From a virus (lineage: Duplodnaviria; Heunggongvirae; Uroviricota; Caudoviricetes): a DNA stretch of 58,905 bases. The notes under the pieces were generated by a model. That model did not search any database, was not told the DNA's origin, and saw nothing but the letters and a program-made list of their open reading frames with translations. Position numbers and translations under genes: made by a program. The number at the start of each line of letters is the position of its first letter. Position 1 is the first letter of the stretch. Below, in pieces: positions 29,535-41,838 of this stretch. The stretch lies in IMG/VR virus record IMGVR_UViG_3300001528_000136, positions 1 through 58,905 of that record, one strand, 5' to 3'.

Positions 29535-29755
29535 TTAAAATAAATAAGAGAGATATTTATGGGCTAATAGGCTGGTTTATAGTTAGTACAGTTATCAGCA
29601 TATTAGCTTTACCTGTTATGATAGGCAGAGAAATTTATTAGTGGAAACATTATAATTTATCTGCTTTAGAATGGGAAGATATAATTAGATATTCAATAGT
29701 AATCTTATTAGGTTCTATAATTAATTACTAGTTAATACAATGGCTGATACAATAA
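29522..29755 (+). CDS. small membrane protein (77 aa, TAG=Gln)
   Basis: MLHLIKINKRDIYGLIGWFIVSTVISILALPVMIGREIY(Q)W... Confidence 0.6.
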
Positions 29756-31236
29756 ATGACAATATAATTAATAAAGCTAAGATAAAAGATATAGATTATG
29801 AAATAGGGGCTAAATATGATTCTTCTGGTAATGAAATAGAAACTACTTATCTAAAAAAAGAAACAGTAGATAATACTGTAACTGCTTGTGAAACTTCCAC
29901 TTAGGCAGCTACTGAAGCTACTGCAAAAGCTATTACTGCTACTAATGATGCTATAACTGCTACTGGAAATGCTGAAAACGTAAATGCAGTTTTAGAAGGT
30001 AATGTACTTACAATTACAAACCGTTATGGGGTAAGAGAATCTATTAATCTTACGGATTCTGATGAACATATTACCATAAATCTCACAACTACTGTAGAAG
30101 ATGCTAGTATGAAGGGATTAATTATTAATGTATTTATTAATAATGGTACTGATGTTTTATAGTATATATCAGATGATAATGGACAAGTAGAATTTACTGT
30201 TCCTAAAGGAGCTACTTATAAAGTAGTATTTCCCTATGTAAAAAATTGTAATATACCTAATCCTGTATAGCATATAGCTAGTGTTGGTAATAGAATTATT
30301 GATATTTCTTATGATCTTTCAGTATATAAGTATGAATAGGTTATTGTTAATACTAAATAGGAAAATGAAGATGGTAGTGTTATAGCTATTATTAATAAAG
30401 AAATTACAGTAACTATTAATAAAGAAGATACTATATATAATACTGATGAAGAAGGTAATGTTACTTTCAATGTACCTATTGGAACTACTTATAAAGTAAG
30501 TACAGAAACAGCTGAGGGAACTTTTGAAGCACATGGTCGTGATACATTTACTAGAGTTGCTTCTGCAACATCTTTTCATATATCTTTTTATTTTCAATAT
30601 TATCAAAGTGGTATATGGTTAGTAGATAATCAAAATAAAATATATACATTTGACGAGTGGGAAGAAAGTGGTAATGATTCTTCAACTTTAGCATTTATTA
30701 AATTAACTTCTAAAGAAACACAATAGTATCAAGGTGATATATATATTTCATTTGAAACTATATATAATTGGGGACAATATGGTTCTATGCAATGGTGTAA
30801 TCAAAATGTATAGTTTAATAATATGCCTTTAAATGGTATGGATAAAAATAATAGTTTATGGGGAACATTTGCTTATAATGGATTATTAGCTACCTAGACA
30901 ATTATAGCAGAAGCCACAGAACGCAGTTTATCTGTACCAGCAGCTACTAAATGTTACAGTTATACAGTAGAAAATGGCAATAAAACATATTAGGGGTATT
31001 TACCTACAGTATATCAATGGATATTATTTATTAATAATGTAGATAGTATAATAATGGCAGCTTAGTATAAATATCCAGAAATAGTATCTACTGTAAACAC
31101 TTTTAAAGGAAATAAATGGAGTTCTACACAGCAAAGTACCGCCAGCGCTTGTTACTACAACACTGGCACGAGCTACTTCAGCAAGAGCTACGGCTACCTA
31201 GTAGTTCCGTTTTACGCTCCCCTCTTACCCTCTTGA
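29740..31236 (+). CDS. DGR target protein 2: putative receptor-binding protein (498 aa, TAG=Gln)
   Basis: Paralog of target 1 (QWCNQNV, EA..R.L.VPA); the C-terminus WSSTQQSTASACYYNTGTSYFSKSYGYLVVPFYAPLLPS* is encoded by VR2. Confidence 0.88.
31138..31218 (+). repeat. DGR variable repeat VR2
   Basis: 81-nt ungapped match to the TR: 15 mismatches at TR adenines and 1 at a G (TGG to TGT). Confidence 0.93.
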
Positions 31237-31307
31237 CCCATTCATCTCTTTGCTTTCGAGCAAGGATGTTGCAAGGAGCGGAGCGAACGTAGCATTGAAT
31301 GGGTCAA
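31233..31307 (+). other. hairpin/cruciform downstream of VR2
   Basis: TTGACCCATTCA...TGAATGGGTCAA with an inner TTGCT-TTCG-AGCAA hairpin. Confidence 0.65.
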
Positions 31308-31338
31308 TCTATTGTTATTGAATTAATGAATTTATAAC

Positions 31339-31920
31339 ATGAAAATAAATTTTATAAAAACATTTATATCTAATGACGATTTTTCTGAAAAAGAAATATT
31401 AGGTAATAAAGTTATAATGAGATTTGATGCAGTTAAAGAAGAAGATGGTTATTATTGTGTAGAATGTTCTATTAATAAAGAAGATTTTAATGAAACTTTA
31501 ATAACTAAATCTTATAATGAGTGGAAGAGTAAACTTGCTTCACATTAGCTATTTCAAGCTAAAAATGCTAAAATAGCTGAAATTGATTTCTATGACCAAT
31601 CTTCAGCAGTGAATGGATTTAAACTTAATAATTCTTAGGTGTGGCTTGATAAGGCTACTCGTGTAGGCTTGATGAACTCTACTAAAATAGAAAAAGATTT
31701 AGGAAATGAAACAACAGATTTATGGTTAGGTGAATTACATCTTACTTTAAATTGTGATTTGGTAATTAATATATTAAGACAATTAGAATCTTATGCTTTA
31801 AAATGTTTTAATATAACTGCTCAACATAAGAAAGAAGTAAATGCTTTAACTACTATAGAAGAAGTAACTACTTACAATATAACTAAAGATTATCCTGAAC
31901 AATTAACTATAAATATCTAA
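31339..31920 (+). CDS. DUF4376-like protein, paralog 2 (193 aa, TAG=Gln)
   Basis: Track fragments 31339 and 31639 are in frame; WLDKATRVGLMNST is shared with 28447..29022. Confidence 0.8.
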
Positions 31921-32141
31921 TGATATACTACAATGGTAAGTTAATTTCAGAAGTTAATGAGACTCTTCTTAAACTAATTAATAATGTTAATTAGATTACA
32001 GATAGGGCTATTGGAGCTATTTATAAAGGTTCACAATTAGTATTCTTAACTGTATCTAATGCTATTAAGAGCTGTTTTGGAAGTGGTACATGGATAAAAG
32101 ATAAACCATGGTTAGATGATGATTTATGGAGAAACAATTAA
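31920..32141 (+). CDS. small conserved protein (73 aa, TAG=Gln)
   Basis: Ends IKSCFGSGTWIKDKPWLDDDLWRNN*; TAATG coupling. Confidence 0.7.
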
Positions 32142-32161
32142 TTATTTAATTTGAAAATTAA

Positions 32162-35100
32162 ATGGCAGTTTTTACAAACTTAGAAAATAGGATACCAGAT
32201 GTAAATACTGAATGGAACGGTAAATCAGGAGAACAAGTAGAAGATTACATTTCTAGAAATTTAGTAGGAGGCATGGAGTATAAAGATAGTATTCTTACTA
32301 TTTATGGAAATGAAACTAATGAAGAAGGAAATAAAAATGTATTGGCTAGTACACAAGTAACTGTTGAAACTCCTGTATATAGTCAAGGAATATTAGCATT
32401 AGCAGTACGAGTTAATGGTACTATTTATAAGACAGGTACTGTCACTATGCAATATAATTCTAATGCTAAAGTAGAATTAGCAGTAGCTACTTACTATATA
32501 TCTAGTACTCCTACAGCAGGTGATGTTGATTCTACTCTTCCTGTAAAGATTAAAATTAGTTATGGTAGCAAGACCAAAACTACTTCAGTAAATCCTTTTA
32601 AGAAAGAATTATTTACTATAGATGGTGATACTCCTACTAGAATAGATATAAATGAATCAGATTATAAATGGACTGATATTACTGAATTATTTAAAGATTC
32701 GGCAACTGGTTAGGTTTCTATATCTCTTGTTGATTACAAGAAATCAAGTACATTACCAGTAACTATTACTAACTAGGTAATTACTCTTAATTATGTAGGT
32801 AATATTGTAACAGATACAGCTTAGTTCTAGTTAAAGGGCGGTAATTCTACTGATTATTATCTGGAAGGATGGATTAATGGAAGTTCTAAATTTACAACAG
32901 CCAGTGGGACATTATCTAAATCAGATTTGAATCCCGGACTTAATCAGTTTGCAATAAGGGCAGTTTATAATACAAATAAAGAGATAGCTACTGATTATAT
33001 TTATGTGGATGTTATTAATCCTAGCACAACTGATACTGTAGTAGCTATTAATAATACGAGCACTAATGTAAATAACCATGATACTGTAGAATTATATAAA
33101 TTAACTATATATAGTCCTAATAAAGAATCTGTAGAAGTTAAAACCTATTTAGATGATACTTCTGGAGATCCTAAGACTTTATTAGCTACAATAGCAATAA
33201 CTAGTTAGGATTATAATTCTAATAATATTTATGAAACTCAATACTCTAAGTATATTGAAATAAATAAGAATAATGGAGAGAAATATTTGAAAGTTCAATA
33301 TAATGGAACTTATTTATTCTATTTAGCTAATGGTACTACAATATATCCTGATACTTATAGAAATATAACTGTATCCGAGGTTGTATCTGATTATTTATAT
33401 ACTTAGGAAATTACACCATCTATTAATTACGACCAAATAACAGGTATGGCTACCACATTATTTAATGATTGTCCTAATTATTGGAAATCAGAGAATGGTA
33501 GAACTATTTACTCTGTTGAAGCTCTTAGTGGGGAAGTATTTAAAAATGCTGTAAGTCTTAATCTGGCTAATGATTTTACATTAGAGTTTGGATTTAAATC
33601 CTATAATATTAGTAATGAAGAGGGAGCTGATTCTGCTGTAATTACATTTGGTAATATGCAAATTAGACCAACAATGGTTTGTTGGAATACTACAGCTGCT
33701 GATACATTCAATGCAAGATTTGCTTAGTTTAATGAAGAGGTTGATACACATATAATTATTACAGTATAGAGCAATTATATACTAAATAAATCAGATGTTT
33801 ACTACCCTGATTATTTTGTAACAGATACTCAATAGAAGACATTTGATAATACCATTCAATCTTACAATTTGGCTAGAATTTATGTAAATGGAGTTATAGC
33901 TAGAGAGATTAAATTAAGTGATAGTGAAGTATAGGGATTTAAGAATGCAGTACTTCAAATAAATCCACAATCTTCTGATATTGATTTATATTTACTTAGA
34001 GTATATAATTCAACTGCATTGGACTTTGATTAGGTTCAAAGAAATTATATCTCATTCTTACCAACTAGATAGGAGAAAGATACTTTCTACGATAATAATG
34101 ATATAATAGGAACTAATGGAGCTATTTCATTTACTAAAGCTCTTGGTAAATATAATACTCTTGTTTATGTATTTCCTAAAGGAGGTGTACTTCCAAATCG
34201 CTCCTGGCAAAATTAGGATAATACATCAGGTGATTAGGATGGTGTCGCAAAGAATCTTCCATGTACTTTATTCCTTAATTATAAAGATGAGGAAATAAAT
34301 AAAGTTTATGGTGGTAGAATAACTAATGGTTTAGTTAAAGGTCAGGGTTCTTCTGCTATGCGTTATCTTATCTGGAATACCACTTTTTAGTTAAAGAAAA
34401 TTAAGAAAGACGGTAATACATTAGCTAGTATATTTACTCCTTATTCTAACCTTGATGAAGACACTAATAGATTTAATGCTGTTAGAACTGATGAATTAAA
34501 GAATGCTTATCATATGCCTCCTTATAATGGTCAATAGGATTCTACGGAGAAAGACTTAAATATAACTAAGCTAGTTGGTAAAATTAACTTTGCTTCTTCT
34601 ATGGAGTCACATAAGGAAGGTGCTTGTAAATTGTATAATGATGCTTTTAAAGCTAATCATACATTAATTAATGGTGGTAGAAAAGCAGTGCATGAAGAAT
34701 CTTTCTTATATTTCTATTTAATTACAGATTTAGATACTGTAGATTAGATAGAATTATCAGACCTTATTGATAATGATGAAGTAAAATTTATGGGATTCTA
34801 GACTTTTGGTTCTGCTAAAGGTGATAAAGCTACTTCTGGTTATGATGATAAATTAACACCTGAGTATATAATGCTTGAGGGTGGTGAAAATGTAGACCCA
34901 GTAGTTAGATTTTTACGTCCTTGGATGTCACTTCAAAGAAAGACAGTTGTAGGAAGTTCTGTAGGATTAGCTAGTTTTCCTACTATAACTAAACAGGGGT
35001 CAATAGAAGATTCTTCTAAGAATCTCTATGTTATGGATGAGTCCATTACCTATGATGGTAAAAATGGAGCTTGGGATGTTGATTTTGGTCTTAATGATGA

Positions 35101-38100
35101 TGCTACTGATTTTACAGATTCAGCTAAAATCTCTTTAGAGAAGTTTAGAGCATTTTACGACTTTGTATATAAGTATAATTATAATTTAACTATTTCCAAT
35201 GTAACTACTACTGATTCTTGGGGTTCTTCTAATAGATATATACTAGAAACAGCTATAGAATCATTGACAGGTAGTAAGAAAGGTGACATTTATCGTTGGG
35301 ATGAATATGCTAATACTTGGGTTAAAGCAGGTCTTTATTATGATTCTACTAATGGATGGGAAGCATTAAATATATTTACTGATTTTCCAGAAGTTGTAAA
35401 TAGTGGCAATAGGTCTAATTTACAAATGGCTATTGATACCTTAAAATCTGCTTTTAAGAAAGGTATTGAGTAGTATGTTGATATTGATGATATTTGTTTT
35501 CACCAAGCTCTCATGAAATTACTTTCTGGTACTGATAATAGAGCTAAAAATACTTATTTCTAGATAGTTGGTACTATATATGAAAACAAGGGAACTAAAG
35601 AAGACCCTGATTATCAACCTACTGAAAAAGGAGATTATAAAGTAAGATTAATTGGTGATGACCTTGATACTATTATTTAGACAGATAATAACGGTCTTTA
35701 GTCTAAGCCTTATAACTTACTTGAACCTTCTTTTGATTGGACTACTAGAGAACAATGGGGAGATTCTGGAATGAATGCTTTTTTCTATATGTTTGACCAA
35801 CAGTGGGAAACTCCTACATCCTCTGACCCTCGTAGTATTAAAACAGAATTAGCTAAGATTATTTAGTTTGGTTGGGTAAATGGTAATAATTTTGATAACT
35901 TCTTCTTTAGTATTTAGAGAAATAAATATCCAGCTATTGCTTATAATCATACTGCTAAGATATGGTATGAAACAGCTTAGTTTATAAAGGATGCTACCGA
36001 TAAAGGTGCTAATATTATTGGTGGTTATACTAATAATGGTATTGCTCCTATCGAACAAAGTCATGGTTCTAGCCTCGAAGGTGAAGAATTGTTTATGAAG
36101 AGACGTAAAGATTTTTTAGCTTCCTATGCACAAGTGGGTATTGATAGTGATTTATATAGCACTTCAAGTTCTGCTGGTGGAGGTAGTATATTACAAGCTA
36201 GAGTAGAATTTGAACCTTTTTAGGATTTTTATCCTTGTTATACTTATGCCAAAGGGGACTTTAGATATGTAATTCAGGATAATTCTACCAATAATTATGA
36301 TGCTATTAAATATTTGGCTAAAAAAGGACAGACTTATACTTCTTTAATTAAAGAAACTAATAGTTCTATTAACTAGGGATTTGTACAAGTTCCTCTTTAT
36401 AAGAAGTTCAATGTAACAGGTTTAACTAATAATAAAATTGATGCTTCTTTTAATAGAACAACATCTTTTACTATTGATAATAAGAATCTCAAAACATATA
36501 AGAGTTTCTTTGAAGATAACTATGAAAAATTCTCATTAGGTAGTTTTAGTGCTAATTTTCCAGTACTTGAAGAACTTACTCTTAATGACATGAATACAAT
36601 AGAAACTCTTGATTTATCTAATTGTAAGAAATTAACTAAACTCAATCTAAGTAAAACAACTGTTAAGAGAGTTATTCTACCATCTAAGGTTAAAGAATTA
36701 GTATTACCTGAAACTATTGAGTCTTTTGAATTATATAATCCTGTAAAATCTATTGAATTTGAAGGACTTGATAATATTCAATCAGTCGATTTATAGAATG
36801 TTGGCAATCTCGATGTCAATTAGCTTTTAATTGATATAACTAATAGCGCTAATCTTAAATCAGTAACTCTTAGAGGCATTGACATCAGAGTTACAGAAGA
36901 AACATTAAGTAAATTATTAGTTACAGATTTTAAAACTTCTGGTTCTATTACTGTTATTGATAATTCTAACTAGTTAGCTGAAATTAGTTTTAATACTAAA
37001 AAATAGTTAGTTGAAACATTTGGTAATATTGATTCAGATGACAATAAACCTAAAGTAAATTATAAAGCATCGTCTTCTAATGCAACTCTTATTTATGAAT
37101 AGGAAGTACAAGCATTCGAAGTAGGTACTACTTATGACTTATTTAATGTTAGTGTAACTAGTAACTAGGTAGCTATAGTTAGTGACCCTACACCCAGACT
37201 TTCTATTACTTATTCTATGCCTTCTAGTTATAATAGATATATTGATTTAGATACAAAAACTGGTAAAATTATTGTGAAAGATAATAGTTATAAATCAGCT
37301 ATTGAAATTACCATTACAGTTAATTTAATTAGCGGTTCTTCTATAACTAAGAAATCTTCTTTAAGTTTAGCTTGGAAAGCTCCTGAAGTAGGTAATTTTG
37401 TTTATTATGATGGTTCTTATACTTCATCTTATAACGAGAATAAAACTCTTATAGGTATGATTTATGCTGTAACAGATGCCACTGATGAAGAACAAGGAAC
37501 AGCTTATGTAATTGGTAAAGAATATTTCACAGACAATGCTTTATATGTTGGATATGATGGTTACTTAGTTAATATAAGTAGTGAAGTTTCGGTATTAAAG
37601 GACTTAGGTTATATAGGTCAATGGTTGAGAGGTAAATCAAAAGTATCTAGTGCTACTTAGAATACACAGGGAGATTATCATTGGATAACAACTGAGCAAG
37701 GTAATTATACTAAGAATGTTAGTGATATTGGAACGTCTACTTATACAATTAGTAATAATTGTTTCAAAAATGATTACTTCTCTGGTAAATCTGATATGCA
37801 AAATTATATAAATGTAGCTAATTCTATTTTAACAGATGTTGTTTCTTAGGCAGGTTCTAACTCAGTTGTGGGTAAAGCTATAACTAATAATGGTGGTTCT
37901 TATAGTATATCTTCATTATCTAATTTAGAAACTATAATTAGTAACTTTTAGATACCTAATGCTACTAATAATACTGGTATTTCTAGTTGTATATTATTCC
38001 CGTATTTTTATGCAGCTTACTTATATCAACCTATTGTAAATGATAATGAAACATTAGCAGACTCATTTAAATAGGGAAATTGGTATATACCTTCAATTGA

Positions 38101-38515
38101 TTAGTTATCTAGAATTATCTATTATAGAGGTTACAGTGTAAATACCAATTTTGCTAATTCTGACATTACTAATGCTATAAGTAGTAATATAAATTCTGGA
38201 AGTACTGTAGATAAGAAAGCAATATTCTCGAATGCATATAAAGCTATGGGAGCTGGATTACCAGATGCGTGGAGGAATATAGCTAGTAACCAGAATCTAA
38301 CTAGTACAGTAGGAGATAGTTCTCCAAATAGCTTTACTTATGGTCAAACTAATAATACTAATACTAGTTCTGGAGTTACTCCTATTTATGGTTGGATGTT
38401 AGGTAGTTATACTGCAAATACTTGGCTTAATTAGAATTAGACAGCTTATGCAGGATGGAGATTAACTAAGCATAAAGGAGTTCCATTCACTGAATTTAAA
38501 TTCTCAAAACAATGA
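32162..38515 (+). CDS. giant multidomain protein (2117 aa, TAG=Gln): beta-rich/LamG-like, CotH-kinase-like, LRR and a CLec-like C-terminus
   Basis: Seven track fragments lie in one frame. Motifs: GQGSSAMRY, KINFASSMESHK, DNRAKNTY, DDLDTI, LDLSNCKKLTKLNLSKTTV, WYIPSID(Q)L and KHKGVPF. Confidence 0.8.
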
Positions 38516-38982
38516 ATTATAAAGGATTAAGTTTAGAACAGATGTTAGAATAGGAGGAGTTTTTATAGCTCCCCCTGTCTAAATGGTATGAAATAATGAA
38601 AGATAAAGATGGAGTTTGTTATGAGTTTACATTAAGTATAATCTTGATAGCTTTACTTAAATACTATGATAAATCTATTAATGTAAATTCATTTTACTAT
38701 AAAGATAAATAGGAATGGATAGATAAAGATACCAGAATTGGATTAAAGAATCTAATTAATAGTGGTGCTGATTCTGTAACTATTTAGTTAAAAGATTCTA
38801 TAGTAGATATTAATGCTACTAAGTTAAAAAAATTTCTTAACTAGTTAGAAGTATATGCTGGTAGGTGTTTCTCAGTTACTGCTAAACATCTAGAAGCTAT
38901 TAAATAGTTAAATACAATAGATGAACTAATTAATTATGATTTTAAGACTGGTTATCCTTTGAAAATTACTTTGGATGAATGA
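38512..38982 (+). CDS. DUF4376-like protein, paralog 3 (156 aa, TAG=Gln)
   Basis: YDKS.NVNSF...WIDKDTRIGLKN...LEVYAGRCFSVTAKH...YDFKTGYP. Confidence 0.75.
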
Positions 38983-39415
38983 TATACGAATTGGGTTAGG
39001 AGGAGAAATAACTCCTACCTAGCCCACTTTTGTACCTCCTAAAGAAACATTTATAATAGAGATTCCTGATAAAGTTGAATTTAAAGATGAATCTACAATA
39101 AATAGTGGATTTGGGCATGATAATAAAATACATTTTGATTGTCCTAAACCTAAGACTCACATTCATCTATGTAAGGATAACTATTTAAGTGAATTTGAAA
39201 CTGAAACTGAAAAATAGTTAGCTAGAGACAATTTAGGAGTATATAGTAAATCAGAAGTAAATAATGCTTTAATTGACATATTAAAAAATATAGGTAATAA
39301 CACTTTTATAACTCGAAAAGAAGTTAATGAAATAGTAGATAACTTAGATTTTGTAAAGTCGATTTTAAAGTCTAATATTAATTATGAAATTCCTGAGACA
39401 TTATTTAAACTATGA
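38975..39415 (+). CDS. putative fibre-related protein (146 aa, TAG=Gln)
   Basis: NYLSEFETETEK(Q)LARDNLGVYSKSEV, a motif shared with 22546..23865. Confidence 0.7.
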
Positions 39416-39936
39416 CTGATATTAAAAAATTACAATAGAATGGTAAGGAATTTGTTCCTATTACTCTAGCTGAGGCAGTTGTTGTAAATGCAACAAATCT
39501 TTAGGGATATAATTAGTTAGGAATAACTACATTAGATAAAGTACTTCAAGCATTAGCTGCTATTGATTATAATCAATAGACTGCAATAACTGAAATAAAC
39601 AATAAACTTAAATCGTTAAATGTAGGTTTATCTTATCAAATAGTTGATAAGTTACCAACTGCATCTGTTGATTGTTTAGGTACTATTTATTTAGTTAAGG
39701 GCAGTGATGTAAACTAGAATAAGTATGCTGAATATATTTGCATATTTAATAATGCAGAGTATTCATGGGAAATGCTTGGTATTGTTAGTACAGATGTAGA
39801 TTTGTCTGGATATATAACTAAGGATGAGTTTAATTAGTTTACAGCTATAGCATTAACAGCAGAAGATGTAACAGATTCTAAAGGAAATAAAGTTTCTGTA
39901 GATTATGAAATTCCAAAAGGTTTATATGATGCATGA
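39412..39936 (+). CDS. putative fibre protein (174 aa, TAG=Gln)
   Basis: IVDKLPTAS..GTIYLV...YAEYI...WEMLG...VDLSGYITK. Confidence 0.7.
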
Positions 39937-40349
39937 AACTAGTTAGGATACAATAGAATGGAAGTCAAGTTGCTCCATAGACTGTAGATAAAGCTGTATT
40001 AGTTAGGATTTCTAATAATACAACAACCCTTGATAAAGTATTATTAACTAAAATAGACTTTGTTGAAAATACAGATAAGTCTTTAAATATTAAGTAGGAA
40101 GGTACTAAATTAACTATTAATCATTTAACTAGGGTAACTCCTAATAATAAACCTGAAAATCTATTAACTTAGATAGATTAGTCAGGACATATAATTAATT
40201 TATAGCGAGTCAAACCTTAGAATATTATAGTTAATGGGGAATAGTATAATTCTTATGATGGTAATACTGAATCTAATATAGAATTTGGGGACGATTTTTA
40301 GATAACTAATAAACAAATAAATTTATGCTGGGGAAATGGCATTACTTAA
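39933..40349 (+). CDS. hypothetical structural protein (138 aa, TAG=Gln)
   Basis: ATGA coupling; N-terminus resembles that of 39412..39936. Confidence 0.65.
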
Positions 40350-41826
40350 TTTTTCTCAAACTTACGCAGGAGTAAAAGATAAACTTTAGAATACTGATTT
40401 ACTCTTTACTAAAGATGGACACATTGTAACTCACGGAATTGATTATATTCCTTGGGGCAATGGTACAATACCTATTGAAAAATTACCAATAGCTAATAAA
40501 GATACTCATAATGAAAATACGTTATGGACTAGTGAAACTATCAATAATTTAATTAGTAATAGTTTCCTAGCTAATGCAGCTATGAGATTTAAAGGCTCTA
40601 TTGGTAGAAATACCTCTAATTAGTACACTATTAATGGAGTAGTTTCTGCTTTTCCTAAGGGTGATGTAGGAGACACCTATAGAGTTGCTACCGCTGGTAG
40701 TTATGAGAGTAATACTTGTGAAGTAGGTGATTTATTAATATGTTATGAATCTGGAACTACTGTCGATGATGATAAATGGACAGTAATTCAAACTAATATT
40801 AATGGCTATACTTCTTATAAAGTAAATGGTACTCCTTATTATTTTTATACTACAAATCCAAGTCTTACATTTGATATTTATGCACCTACAGAAAAAGGTA
40901 CTGCTGGTAATATACTTATTTGGGACGGTACTAATAATAAACCAATATGGGCAGATAAAGATACTGTAGGTATAGGAAAATATTTAAAAGCAGGTAATGG
41001 TCTTTAGATAGGAACTGATGCTACAGGATATAATGGAGCTGAGTAGAAAACTATTAACTTAATTGCAGCTACTACTGGTTCCATCGGCGGTGTAATTATA
41101 GACAGCGATAACACTGTTTTAAATGGCAAACCTACTTAGGTAGGAGATAATCAAGCTATATTAAACGGAGCTACTATTTCTATATCTGACGGCGGTGTTA
41201 TTTATCTAACTAAATAGAATATTATAAATGCTTTAGGATATGCTCCAGAAGGTAAAGGTGCGGTAACAGAAAGTTGGCGTCCTATTAAAATAAATAGTGA
41301 TGCTTTCTTAGATAATAGTGCTACAGGAAATGCTTTAGATTTAGTTAGTACCAATAGTACGATAGTTATAACACCTAGTACAGATAATTCTGGAGTGGTT
41401 AGTTTCGATATTAATCTTGGCTATGATGTAACTAAAGATACTGTAACTAACGGTTTAAAAAGAGTTGCAGTATCAGCAGGTAAAGACACTAACTTAGGTA
41501 AGCTCTATGTAGAAATACCAGAATATGATATAGTATCTGATTAGATAAATGGTTTAGCTCCTAAAATTATAACTACTGAAACTAGTTAGATAAACCCTAG
41601 TTATTATATCTTAGCTAGTTAGAATGGTACTAGTGCCAGTTGGTATTAGTTAGATATTAATGAAATAAATACTTGGAGACCTATTTCTGTAAATAGTAAT
41701 GATATTGGAAATAAGAAATTCAGTATTATAGAATCTGAAAATATTTATGTAGGAGTAAATCAAGATTCTGCTTCTGATACTTATGAGATAGGTTTTGAAT
41801 TACAATGGAAAGAATGGTCTGATTAA
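40336..41826 (+). CDS. putative tail fibre protein (496 aa, TAG=Gln)
   Basis: AMRFKGSI...GDTYRVATAG...EVGDLLIC...WTVIQTNI, ATTGSIGGV, IINALGY and two WRPI repeats. Confidence 0.7.
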
Positions 41827-41838
41827 TACAAATAATAT

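Noticed and set aside
38420-38515. Third DGR variable repeat at the end of the giant protein
   Set aside because: The resemblance is at protein level only; there is no ungapped nucleotide match to the TR.
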